A stretch of DNA of 64,000 nucleotides from Eukaryota sp. TZLM1-RC. Taxonomy: Eukaryota > Protista > Metamonada: BaSk clade. The position numbers and the translations under genes are program-made. The notes beneath the pieces were generated by a model that was given only the letters and a program-made list of their open reading frames with translations, searched no databases and was not told where the DNA came from. The stretch spans positions 496,001 through 560,000 of the forward strand of contig JAUPSS010000001.1 in assembly GCA_040285825.1 (NCBI GenBank). The letters are read 5' to 3'. The number at the start of each line of letters is the position of its first letter. Position 1 is the first letter of the stretch. Of the stretch, positions 53,789 through 64,000 are shown one piece after another.

Positions 53789-56700
53789 ATGAATCATGAC
53801 CACTTTGCTCAACAACTTCCTGACTATGAGGATTTCAAACTTATTGGACAGGGGTCGTTTGGCACAGTGTACCGAGCGAAAAGTAAAGAAACTAACCAGG
53901 TGTGTGCTATAAAGATTGTGGCCAATCGCCCAGACGAGATGGACAGATGGGAGAAAGATGTTGAACCAATGACCCTTAACCATCCCTCGATCTGTAAAGT
54001 GCTAGATACCTATGTATGGAAGGAGAGCTACTGTGTTGTGATGCCTCTGTACAACTCCAATCTAACAAAACTCATATATGGAGTCCCAGAACGTACTAAT
54101 CTCAACCCAGGCACAAAAATTGACCCTATTTTAGCATGGAAGATGTTTCATCAGCTCGTAGAAGGTATCAATTACATGCATGGTCGCGGTTTTGCCCATA
54201 GAGACCTTAAGCCGGAAAATGTACTTCTAGATAATGATAACAACGCAGTGCTGTGTGACTTTGGTCTTTCCAAACGTTTTACAACTTTATCTGCTGCGCA
54301 GTTCCGAACACTTGCAACTCCAGCTTATCATGCTCCCGAGATACTCAAGGCTTTGAATACATCTAGAAACCAACCTACTGTGGAATATGGACCAGCTGTG
54401 GATTATTTTTCTCTGGGTGTCATATTTTATGAAATGATGGTTGGACAACTTCCTTATCATGTTGACGGTCATAGAACTCTCTCGCCCGAAAGGGCAGAAT
54501 TGATTTGTAAAATTGATCGTGTGGCAGGGCGTTATATTGAAGGCCTTATGTCTAATGATCACGATACACGAACCAAAATGTTCAATCAAATTGTGAAGGA
54601 AATGCGGAGTTCATTAGATGATGTTGGTTCCAACCCTTCGCCATATCATTTTTACAAAAAACAACTCACCGAACAGGGTTGTAGTCCTCTTTCTGTTATT
54701 TCGCATAAGAAATATGGCGGCCACACTGGAAAATTAACAGAGAATTTAATGCATATATCGACTGTCCCAGTGATTAAACATTCACCAAGGATCACACCTA
54801 ATAGCAGGGAAAAGATGGTCACCAAACAACAAACAATCTCAATACACTTTGTTGATGAGGATGACGTTGAAAGAGTAACTTCTGTTCTACAATTAATGTT
54901 TAATTCAGTGCAACAAACTGGTAAGTCTGATTTTCGTAATTTCTCTTGTTTGGAATTTCTCGTTAATTACACTTCAAATGAACATTCTGCCACTCTTGAT
55001 CAACTCGTTAGGAATGGAATGGCCAGTAGTGTTGATTGTAGCTTGCTTAATTACCCTTTTATTAAAGGTAAAGCTGATCCGTTTCCTGAATACGTTTTTG
55101 AGGTTGTTCTCCATCCCTATCTTCGCTATTCGTCAATTATTCAAGCAATTAATGTTTCAAGAGTTGGTAAAAAGCACAGGTTTTATCTTTTAAATGAGCG
55201 GAGGTTGCTGATCATGACTTCTAACTATGGTGATCAATCCACAGGGTCCAGCTTTTCCATTAGATTAAACGGACAGAAAATTAAGCTTACTATTATGTAC
55301 AGACATCAGTATAACCCTCTGTCGCCTATTCCAGTACTGTTTAATGACGAAGAAGCCTCTGTTGATTTGGTGAGGGATACTTTCAGTTGTGTTGATGGGT
55401 TATACGACCCTTCACTCAACTTGGAATTATTATCATTATATAGTGATCGTAGATACTTTTCCCTAAAACATTGTTTGTTCATTAACTGTGTCTCCCAAGC
55501 ACACACCTTCTATTGTATTGAAAAAGGAAGGTACTTTACTAGTGATGGAGATAGAAAACATTTGAAACTTCAATCAATAAGAAATTCTACTTACAGCTTT
55601 CCTCAATTAGTGCAATCTGTCTCTGGAACTCAGTTACCACAATTGCATTTCAATGACAACACTTTTTGCCTCCAAGAACAGGATTGTTTGGAATGTATTA
55701 CCCAATGGATGCCCTTGAACGACAAAAAAGTTGGGGTTTTGTGTATGGGAAGCCCGGACTCTCCTGGAGGTGAGTATTTAAGTGGATCCAATTCCCAAGA
55801 ATCTTCTCTATTCCGAAGGACTACCTTGATGGCTGGCTTCGCAGGAGAAAACTGTCCGTCTAGAATCCATTCTTCCAATCAGAGTGTCCCTTATCCATGG
55901 GATTCTAACAACATTGATGTTGTGGTTACTGAAGGGGTAGAAGTCATCAAGAGTACAGAGGTTGATGGCTTAAGACCATTACCTTCCCCTTTTGAAATTG
56001 TTGTTTTAACCTCTTCTGCCCCTAAACATCCAGCAATTAGAAAACATTTTAAATTTGGTCAAGATTTTGCTAAATTGGATGATTTAGAATTACTTTACAA
56101 GAGATGGACCTCTGTCTTTTTAGCTGCCATTAAACACGGAATTACTCATTTGGTGATTTGCCCTCTTGGTTGTGGAGTTCTCAAAAATCCTATTCAAGGT
56201 AGCATGGAAGCATTGAAAAGTTTACTCATGGTTTTCTCGCCTTATTTCAGAAGTATTTGTTTCTCAGCTTTTGAAAACTTTTCAGAGTTTTCTAGTTTAT
56301 TAAAACCAGAGTTGCCATTACCTTCAAGACCTCCACAAATGTTCCACGAACTTTTTCTCCTTCCTTTTTTCACTCCAGGGTTAGGGTTATCTAGAATTCT
56401 TCCTTGTTGTAAAAAGGGTTCAAAATGTGGAAAGTTCAAGAATATTCTTTCTCACCAAGCGTTTTTCTCTCATCAATCTAGTACTGATTTGGTTTTAGAT
56501 TCTGCTGATGAACCAATTTCTTTTGAACTATCGGCATACAAGGTATTGAAGTCACCTTTCAGGGTAACTTTCCATTCTGCTCCCTTTTCTACCATTGATG
56601 TTGCCGTTTCTTTTGAAGGCAGGGGTAATTTCTCTGGTTTTTGTGTTTGTTTCAGAGCTGGCAACGTTTTAGTCTATAATTGTCCTATTCCAACTGATAA

Positions 56701-56938
56701 CACAGCTCCTTGTTCCATACAACAACTCTGTAGAGATGGAGCTGACAATTCTATTCCAGTTGAACACTCTATATCTCTCTCAAAAAGTGGGAATGATTAT
56801 TATTTAGAGGTAGAACTAATTGGTCATTACAATGCTAGAGCAATGCTTAACTTATCTCCACAGACTGAACAGATTTGCAAACTACACTTGAGTTCGATTG
56901 ATTCTGCTGCTGTTTTAGGCTTAAAGTATAGTTCATGA
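53789..56938 (+). CDS. Ser/Thr kinase-PARG-like macrodomain fusion (paralogue of 16228..19404)
   Basis: GQGSFG, CAIK, HRDLKPEN, CDFG, APE. Then PGGEYLSGSNSQESSLFRRT, PLGCG and a PBZ-like finger. Confidence 0.9.
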   Translation: MNHDHFAQQLPDYEDFKLIGQGSFGTVYRAKSKETNQVCAIKIVANRPDEMDRWEKDVEPMTLNHPSICKVLDTYVWKESYCVVMPLYNSNLTKLIYGVPERTNLNPGTKIDPILAWKMFHQLVEGINYMHGRGFAHRDLKPENVLLDNDNNAVLCDFGLSKRFTTLSAAQFRTLATPAYHAPEILKALNTSRNQPTVEYGPAVDYFSLGVIFYEMMVGQLPYHVDGHRTLSPERAELICKIDRVAGRYIEGLMSNDHDTRTKMFNQIVKEMRSSLDDVGSNPSPYHFYKKQLTEQGCSPLSVISHKKYGGHTGKLTENLMHISTVPVIKHSPRITPNSREKMVTKQQTISIHFVDEDDVERVTSVLQLMFNSVQQTGKSDFRNFSCLEFLVNYTSNEHSATLDQLVRNGMASSVDCSLLNYPFIKGKADPFPEYVFEVVLHPYLRYSSIIQAINVSRVGKKHRFYLLNERRLLIMTSNYGDQSTGSSFSIRLNGQKIKLTIMYRHQYNPLSPIPVLFNDEEASVDLVRDTFSCVDGLYDPSLNLELLSLYSDRRYFSLKHCLFINCVSQAHTFYCIEKGRYFTSDGDRKHLKLQSIRNSTYSFPQLVQSVSGTQLPQLHFNDNTFCLQEQDCLECITQWMPLNDKKVGVLCMGSPDSPGGEYLSGSNSQESSLFRRTTLMAGFAGENCPSRIHSSNQSVPYPWDSNNIDVVVTEGVEVIKSTEVDGLRPLPSPFEIVVLTSSAPKHPAIRKHFKFGQDFAKLDDLELLYKRWTSVFLAAIKHGITHLVICPLGCGVLKNPIQGSMEALKSLLMVFSPYFRSICFSAFENFSEFSSLLKPELPLPSRPPQMFHELFLLPFFTPGLGLSRILPCCKKGSKCGKFKNILSHQAFFSHQSSTDLVLDSADEPISFELSAYKVLKSPFRVTFHSAPFSTIDVAVSFEGRGNFSGFCVCFRAGNVLVYNCPIPTDNTAPCSIQQLCRDGADNSIPVEHSISLSKSGNDYYLEVELIGHYNARAMLNLSPQTEQICKLHLSSIDSAAVLGLKYSS

Positions 56939-57887
56939 TGGTTTGTGTAAATAAAGATTTTTTTTACTAAAAGGGTTTTTGTTTGGCTTTCGCCATATAT
57001 TACTGAAAAACTGTTGACTAGTGCTTGAAAAATTGCTAGTATTGATTTTTGCATCACCCAAAACTTGTCTTGTGGTCAAACTATTGCATATCACATTTAT
57101 TCCATCGCCATTTCAATAGACTTAAAGTACACTTGAGGCTGATATCGACACGATACAGAATCAATAATACGTTTTCTTGTCCTTCAACGAGAAATGAAGT
57201 TAGACGTTTTTGCAGATGACGATTATGTGGATCTGAAAGATAACATTGATTATTATGCATCGAAATAGTGTTTATTGTTAATTTGTATGGACTTTTTAAG
57301 TTTTATTTTGAAAATAGATAGAAATGTAGAACAAAACTGTTGAAATCGTCATGCTATTGTCGCATCATCAGATACTGACAACCAAGACGATGATGAATGT
57401 AATCTTAAGGAGGATCAAGAAAAAATTGTGTCTATAATGACTAATTTATAGATTTTTATGCAAATCACAATAATGAAAGTTTTGATTTTGTTCGTTTTGA
57501 ACTGGCCTCAACTTATGAACCCTGTACAATCATAGTACTGTCTACTGGAATTCCCATCAAAGAAGAAGCAACTGATGCTTGTTAAAGTTTTGTTAATTTT
57601 GTAAATAAATTAAATTTATTAATTTGATGGACCGAATTGTTCTAAAATTTATTGAAAAACCATCACCAAACCACAGATTTTAGACAAAATTAAGTTTTTC
57701 AAAAGTGAATCAACATTTAATTTATTCACCACTTCACACTGTCTGTAAAAAACAGAAACTATTTCGAATATTCATCAGTACATCTCATATTTATAATGAA
57801 TTAATTACAAAAAAGCTTTTACCAAATTACTGATTGATATCAAAATGTGAATAAACAAAAAATAAATCTGTATAAACAATTTTATTT

Positions 57888-58671
57888 CTATTGCATTTCA
57901 ACATCAATTTGCTCAAACTAGGGTTAAATTAAACAAAAGAAGAACATACAAATGGTGCAATCTCATTCTCTCCCAGTTCTTGGAAATTCTCACTATTGGA
58001 AACAACACAGACTGAAGCACAAGATGCATTGAATGGTTCCTCGGCTGGTACTGTCTTCTTAAGGGCCTTTAATGCATGTACAATCAGATCTTCACGGGTT
58101 GCATCCCCAAAGGTAGGAGCATGTTCTTCTAGGTAAGTCTTGGCAGATTGGGATCTCGCACCAATTGCTTGAGCAACGTATTCAAAGTAATTACCACTGG
58201 GACAGGTTTGGTAGAGGTGAACTCCGGTAGAATCAGCACCAGCGATAAGAAGACCCACGCCATAAGGGCGATGCCCTACAAACATTGTGTGTGTCTGTGA
58301 TTCTGTGGTTAGTATGGAATAGACATACTGTCCGACAGAGAAACGACCAGACGTTGGATCGGTAGTTTTGATTCATAGACATAGTCATGGTTGAGGCACT
58401 CGTTGCGTAGGAATCGACTGAGAATTCGTGCATCGGCAGTAAGACCAGATACAACTGCTCCACAGTGATCGGCGTATTTGTAAGCTTTACGTTGGAAAGT
58501 AGAGAGAGTACCGACGGATCGCTTCAAAGCAGCGAGAACTACATGCGTATCTGATCGAAGACCAAGAGCAACGCTGCCTTGTTTGACACTCTCCATTGCA
58601 TATTCAACCTGGAAGAGACGTCCATCAGGAGAGAAAGTGGCTACATCATTATCATATTGACGACGGAACAT
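57888..58671 (-). CDS. PSMA1: 20S proteasome subunit alpha-6 (alpha type-1); introns 58303..58328 and 57918..57949
   Basis: MFRRQYDNDVATFSPDGRLFQVEYAMESVKQGS, RPYGVGLLIAG, AIGARSQSAKTYLE. Introns GTATGT...CTAACCACAG and GTATGT...TTAACCCTAG. Confidence 0.95.
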
Positions 58672-58729
58672 GTGAATTTATGAGTTTATGTGTTGAGAAG
58701 GTATTTTGTGAATCATCAAAAATTCTTTG

Positions 58730-59040
58730 AGTTGGTGAAATCCAACTTGCTTCTATTGCTTTCCCATTTTGTAAGAACGGAAGACTATCAGTAGAAGCAG
58801 GAACTTTTTTGAATGATTCCCAAAAAATGGTTCAAGACAAAACAATGAAAAGATTTGATACCTTTTTATGGCGCTCTCGAATTCAAATTGTCATTATTGA
58901 TAGATTACCTCGCTTTTTGAATCGAATTAGAGAAGCTTTAGCGAGACAGCAAGCAGATCAAAATTTTGTAGAGGAAATCTTGGTTCAATGATATTCGTCC
59001 ATTATTTATGAGTTTATTTCGTTAAATGTGGATGTTTAAC
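58730..59040 (+). mobile_element. 3' fragment of non-LTR retrotransposon subfamily C
   Basis: Similar to 38050..38475; reads FLWRSRIQIVII...EEILVQ. Confidence 0.6.
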
Positions 59041-59942
59041 AAAGAAATGAAATCCATGATAAAAGTCCACCATTGGTAATTAGCGTGTTTAGACAGAGGT
59101 TTGAGGATTCCATTTATGTTGTAAAAGCTGTTCAGATAAACTTCATCTAGACATCATTGCAAAATGGAATGGTAGTGTCATTTGGAAATCACACTAAACT
59201 TCACTAAACTTCAGCAGGATTTGGTACAGGTAACAATACAATAGAATTGAAATTTATTGGCCCAAATGATAAGCCGGGTTAGTTTGAAGTCATTAATTTT
59301 TGGTCTATTTGTTGTTGTGGTTTTGATTCTTTAAATTCTTTGATAGATGAAAATACAAAATTGATTTAACGATAATCATAAAATAGCTGAAACAAAAGCC
59401 AAGGATTTTCAGTCTTAATCTCAAACAAATACGACTGAAAATAAACAAAAATAATCAGAATAAAATAAAAAGAATAAAGAAAACACCAACTAAGGCAAAG
59501 CAACGTTTGCATTGTACTTTACTTTTGAATTGAGTTATTACAGACTTCAATTCCTCATCAACTTGAAAACACTTTTAAGATAATTGACACATTTAAGAAT
59601 ATTATTCAATAAACTCAAAATTAATAAAAAGCCAAAACAAATGCCAATCATTAGTAGTCCCCAATGGTTAAGAGTCCACCCTTCCCTAGAATTAATTACA
59701 AAAACAAAAAACAAACGAAAAAAAAACAAACTTAACCAGATTATTAGACAAAAGATCTGCTTGATTGGAACCTTTCAAAAGAAAATGAAATGATTTGAAT
59801 TGTTGTTGACTAATTTCACAAACATGGTCAGATCGGCAGTAAAGATCACATGGAGAGATATCAAGACTGACCAGTTCCAAGTCAACGCAAATTCTTGAAA
59901 AGACAGGAGGAGAATAACTTTTGTAAGAAATTCAGAATTAGT

Positions 59943-60551
59943 TCACACATACTTAGGGGTAGTCCAGAGAAAGGCAACATCCATGAGGTCTTTGGGAATA
60001 GTCAGTGATATGGGAGGGTGGCAGCTTGAATGGAAACAGTGATGGTAGTGCTGAAAGGCTTTTCCCTGTTCAAATAGTTTAAGTTCTTTCATGTTTGGTG
60101 TAATTAAGAAATCTCGAAAAACTGGGTTAAAATTTACAGTGACATTAGATCCTTTCAACAGGTTCATTCTACGAACAAGGCGTTCTCCATCAACGAGGGT
60201 AAAATCCGCACAAGTGGAGATTGGTGGATGGATCACTCTGTCAGGAATGTGAGGGCATTTCCACAGAGAAACGTCTAGATTAGTGACCATACGTAAGTTG
60301 TCCTTGAAGGTAATATCGAGCAACATAGTTGTGTGTGGAAAAACAGTGATCAAGGTTGAATGAGATATGTTGAGATGGATAAAGAATAGGACTCCTCCCC
60401 CAATGAAGAACAGAATGGGAACACAAAGAAGTAGTGATGCTTTACCTTGTAGATGAAGGCCTTTTGCTTGAAAATCTAATGAGTGGTTTGGTGACGAGTC
60501 CATGCATTCCGGTAGTCGATAGTTTGCAAGTTGATTTAAAAAAGCAATCAA
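59943..60551 (-). CDS. Hypothetical membrane protein, probably with further downstream exons
   Basis: TM-like segment LLLCVPILFFIGGGVLFFI. A possible GTATGT donor near 59950 suggests continuation. Confidence 0.45.
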   Translation of the reverse strand: MIAFLNQLANYRLPECMDSSPNHSLDFQAKGLHLQGKASLLLCVPILFFIGGGVLFFIHLNISHSTLITVFPHTTMLLDITFKDNLRMVTNLDVSLWKCPHIPDRVIHPPISTCADFTLVDGERLVRRMNLLKGSNVTVNFNPVFRDFLITPNMKELKLFEQGKAFQHYHHCFHSSCHPPISLTIPKDLMDVAFLWTTPKYV

Positions 60552-60760
60552 ATTTGATAATTTTGGTAGTAGAGATGGGCATCGTCTCTAATTGGCAGTG
60601 TGAAAAAGGTATTTAATATTCTTTTTTTTTCTATTTTAATTTATTCCAACAAATATGATTTAATATACTTGATCCAAATCAAATCTACAAAAAAGCAAAT
60701 TGAATAGTCTCATGAGTTTCTTCAATTATAACCAAATTAATCAAAAATGATTGGCTGAAC

Positions 60761-61390
60761 TTAGACATCAACTCCCAAAGACTGCAATTGTTCAAGGGAC
60801 ATTCTCCCCATTGCACAAGCCTGTTCTGTTGTTATACCAAATTCTTTAACCACTGTATTAAAAACATTTCCACAAATATCTTGCCAATTTGAAACCAAAG
60901 ATTTCAAATCTTCCACTTCCTTTTGTTGTTTGACAAGGGAAGCTGGGTCTGGATCTGCTTGTTTCACGTCCATTTCAAGTTTGAGTATCTTTACATTGGT
61001 CTTTTGGATGTTTGATTGGATGGAATCTAACTGGGATTCTAGTTTGATGTGTTCCTCTGTGGGCTTGTAGTTTTCCAGCTTATGTAGTAGTTGGGGGGTC
61101 TCGCACTTTATTTTAAGATAATGGTCATAGTTTGCCAAAGTGTAGAGAATATGAGTGTGGAAATCTACTTTGGCAAGAACTTGTTTATCAACCAATGTGT
61201 TGAGTACCATAGACAGGTCATCCGTGGAAATGTTACCTATTGAGCCAACAACTTTGGACTTTAATGATTCAATAGAGTGATAGGGAAAATGAGAGAATGC
61301 ATAAGCAACATGCTCAACAATGATATTGGGATCACTTGCGAATGAATAAGTGGATAGGTCCGACATTATAGGCCGGTAATGTGAAGTCAA
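60761..61390 (-). CDS. Mnd1/Hop2-like winged-helix + coiled-coil protein
   Basis: wHTH-like SMVLNTLVDKQVLAK...ILY, coiled coil, and C-terminal NWQDIC...VKEFG, as in the Mnd1/Hop2 family. Confidence 0.5.
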   Translation of the reverse strand: MTSHYRPIMSDLSTYSFASDPNIIVEHVAYAFSHFPYHSIESLKSKVVGSIGNISTDDLSMVLNTLVDKQVLAKVDFHTHILYTLANYDHYLKIKCETPQLLHKLENYKPTEEHIKLESQLDSIQSNIQKTNVKILKLEMDVKQADPDPASLVKQQKEVEDLKSLVSNWQDICGNVFNTVVKEFGITTEQACAMGRMSLEQLQSLGVDV

Positions 61391-61437
61391 AACTTCCGAA
61401 ATAGCCTCCCAACCCCTTCTTCACTTCCATCCTTATA

Positions 61438-62382
61438 ATGGGAGTCTTACTCTCTACGCTACATGTTTTAGGCCGTAAACAGCCTAATGAAGTTATTCTT
61501 GACTTTCTCAATGTTCCATCTTCATTTGAATGTGATGTAGTGAAATCCGTACAAAAGGTACTCAATGAAGGAAATGTAGTACTAGAACGCTTCAGGGCAT
61601 TTAAAAGTGAAAGTGCCCCCTACATAAAGAAAGCTCTTCAAAACCCTCTACCAGAACACGAAAAACAAGCTCTCACAGCGGTTATCCCATCAGTTGAACT
61701 CGCACGTACTATCTACGATTACGGACTTCAATTGGCATCAATTATTCCTAACCTTTTAGTTTTATTTGCCGAGGCCCAAAATAACCAGAACATTGAATAC
61801 CAACAAGTTATATGCCGTACAATTGCCTTCACCTTTGACTTTGTCCTAGGCTTTGATCAATCCAAAAGAGTGTCGCCTGACGTGTTAAAAGATGTCGGTG
61901 TGTATCGCAGACTTACTTCTAAATCAGTGATCCCAGAAGATGGATATTCGGTCAAAACTGATCCCATAAAGGATTCTGAGTTGGTAATGATCCTAGCTCA
62001 AGCCACACCTTTCACAACATTAATGGGAACAAAGCTGAAAGAGTTGATGTTAAGTAAGGATTCTGATGATTCTCTCCTAGATCCACTATGCGAGCTTTCC
62101 AATCTCTGCTCCCATGTCCTGAATAGCCATAAGTTCAGTGATCCAAAGTTGAATGTATTGCTGATGAGAGCTCTGACGGGGGCTATATTGCTGTATGATT
62201 ATTCAACACCACAGGGGGCTTTCCATAAGGGAACCAAAATTAACACAAGACTAGCGTTGAATGCCCTGAAAAAGTTTGAAAATGAAAGTAGGGATTTGTT
62301 ATCAATGTTAAAGTACTCAAGTAGTTCTTTTTCGCATAGTTCTACACCAAAAAGTATTCGTAATATGCTGAGCAGCTATTAA
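61438..62382 (+). CDS. CYRI/FAM49 (CYFIP-related Rac1 interactor, DUF1394)
   Basis: MGxLL N-terminus, VILDFLN, FDQSK...YRR, RALTGAILLYDY..PQGAFHK. 314 aa. Confidence 0.85.
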   Translation: MGVLLSTLHVLGRKQPNEVILDFLNVPSSFECDVVKSVQKVLNEGNVVLERFRAFKSESAPYIKKALQNPLPEHEKQALTAVIPSVELARTIYDYGLQLASIIPNLLVLFAEAQNNQNIEYQQVICRTIAFTFDFVLGFDQSKRVSPDVLKDVGVYRRLTSKSVIPEDGYSVKTDPIKDSELVMILAQATPFTTLMGTKLKELMLSKDSDDSLLDPLCELSNLCSHVLNSHKFSDPKLNVLLMRALTGAILLYDYSTPQGAFHKGTKINTRLALNALKKFENESRDLLSMLKYSSSSFSHSSTPKSIRNMLSSY

Positions 62383-62733
62383 TTTTAATTGTAAATGTAA
62401 TTGTCTTCAGTAAATAAACTAAATTCAAAACCAACAGTACAATTTTCTAGTTATTTGTACAAGAAGATTTTCTCCGATTGAGCAAGACCTATATTTTAAT
62501 TGTAACACCTCCTGTATTTTTTATTTAATTAGCCAATTTAAACTGCTGTAATGAACACTTATCCAGAATCATCAAAATGTTTCAAAGCATTAATGCATAA
62601 ATTATATAATTTTATAGACTTTTTTCACCAAGATTCATCAATTACATGAATTTCAAAGAAGAAAGCTTTTGTTGAGTCATATTGGGTGGAACATTGCCAA
62701 AATTTTTCAATTCATTTAACTTTGGTATTTGTA

Positions 62734-63036
62734 CTGTCAAGTGCCAAATAGAGCCCTATTAAATAGAGCCTACTCAACATTTACATTAATTGTGTATAAT
62801 TTTCTCTTCGAACATGAACTAAAATGTGTATTGTTATCATAAACTCTAACTCTCATTCTTTTACTTTCCTCTACAATCTTAAAAATTAATTAAACTGTTT
62901 ATTAGTTCATGTTTAACATAGGTTTTAGGTTAAATGTTGGGCCAAATAGAGTCCTTTTCTTCAGGGGCTCTGTGATAGAACCCCTCCAAATAGAGCCCAT
63001 CAGTAATTTTGCTGGGCTCTATTTGGCACTTGACAG
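62734..63036. mobile_element. Tc1/mariner-like MITE (303 bp)
   Basis: Perfect 23-bp TIR CTGTCAAGTGCCAAATAGAGCCC. Left flank TA, right flank TC. Internal AAATAGAGYC repeats. Confidence 0.85.
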
Positions 63037-63199
63037 TCTTTCCATAAATATAGCACTCGGCAATACTTCCAGTGCAGGAATTGACTGACGTAGCAGCAGG
63101 TCGCTTATTGGTCTAATGTAACACAGGAATTCCTTCATTAATGAAAAATAGCTGAAATCAGTGACAGTTTAAACACCTACTACAAGCTTGAAGACAGTT

Positions 63200-63645
63200 C
63201 CTCAAGTTGCCTTATCTGCCAAATTCCCAACATTTATGGCCTTCTACTTAATGATCACCAATGGACCACTGCAATGAGAATGAGCTGTTTTCTATGGCCT
63301 TGTTCTTTACCAAATGATTAAATTTGTCGCTGCAAAAGTGTTGTTACGCTTTCCCATATTTTAAACTGTAAGTATTTCATAACTTATCGCTCAATTGTTC
63401 ATGACTCAGTTCGTGATCAATTATATGCCATGTGCAAAAGTTTCAATATAGAGGCATTTATTGAGCCATTAGTACGTAAGCTGTCTTCAGATCAAACTGA
63501 TGATTCCTTTGGTAAAAGAAGGGCAGATAAACATTTTATTACTTTTAGAAGCGTGGTTCACGATGCTATAAGAGACCAATTATATTGTATGTGTAAGTCT
63601 CATAGAATTGAATCCTTTTTGGAACCTCTGTTGTCAAATGTGTTT
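63200..63645 (+). mobile_element. Chimeric RLE-type non-LTR retrotransposon fragments
   Basis: HILNCKYFITYRSIVHDSVRDQLYAMCK...KRRAD joined directly to a second KHFITFRSVVHDAIRDQLYCMCK copy. Confidence 0.7.
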
Positions 63646-64000
63646 ATGACAAAGGTCATGAATGCATGCTCAGGTCAAATTGATGCATATACTCTTGGAA
63701 TTTGTAAAAAGGAATATGAAAAAGAAATATTCGTAACATTGAAGAAAACAATCGCAACGGAACAATTCACTTTATTTGGGCTAAAATGAATTTTAAAATA
63801 CAAGAAAAATTTGAATTTCATAATATTTAGCAAGAAAAGACAAATAAATAAATACGTAAATAAATTAAAATTCAATAAATATGTGACTTCTTCATAAGTG
63901 GTAATCAAAAACAAATCAATAAAGAAATCACTCTACTGTAAAGAAAGTCTACAGCGTTTTGTTTCGACTGTAAAGAGGTCTACAGTACCCTTTAACACTG

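Noticed and set aside
1-64000. tRNA or rRNA genes
   Set aside because: No cloverleaf or rRNA signature recognised by eye; tRNAscan-SE or Infernal would be needed to exclude them.

Overview
AT-rich, compact eukaryotic (protist-like) genomic DNA. Host genes carry ultra-short (26-32 nt) GT-AG introns, and the intergenic space is full of decayed mobile DNA. Recognisable host genes: NIF/FCP1-type HAD phosphatase, DnaJ, a bZIP factor with novel Cys repeats, a MYCBP2-type RING-Cys-relay E3 (three in-frame TGAs), an RWP-RK-like HTH protein, Hook, a P4-ATPase flippase (NEO1/ATP9 type), a beta-helix-like surface protein, HSP20, proteasome alpha-6, a Mnd1/Hop2-like protein and CYRI/FAM49. Two systems stand out. 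(1) An ADP-ribose module: a ~2000-aa protein combining a bacterial-type PARG with an intact GGG-x7-QEE motif, 13 PBZ-like zinc fingers, a putative DarT-like ADP-ribosyltransferase domain and a vWA domain. It lies head-to-head with a Ser/Thr kinase fused to a catalytically altered PARG paralogue. A second kinase-PARG copy and a kinase pseudogene lie at 52-57 kb, with signs of sequence exchange among the paralogues. (2) Four Fanzor (eukaryotic TnpB-like RuvC) loci. One is nearly intact with a structured 3' omegaRNA candidate and a repeated end that brackets a DnaJ gene. One appears fused to a family-B DNA polymerase 3'-5' exonuclease domain. These two share a ~160-190 bp 5' leader although their proteins differ. 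Also present: Ty3/gypsy pol remnants, many 3' fragments of RLE-type non-LTR retrotransposons, and hAT- and Tc1-like MITEs. All family calls come from reading motifs by eye; no searches were run.
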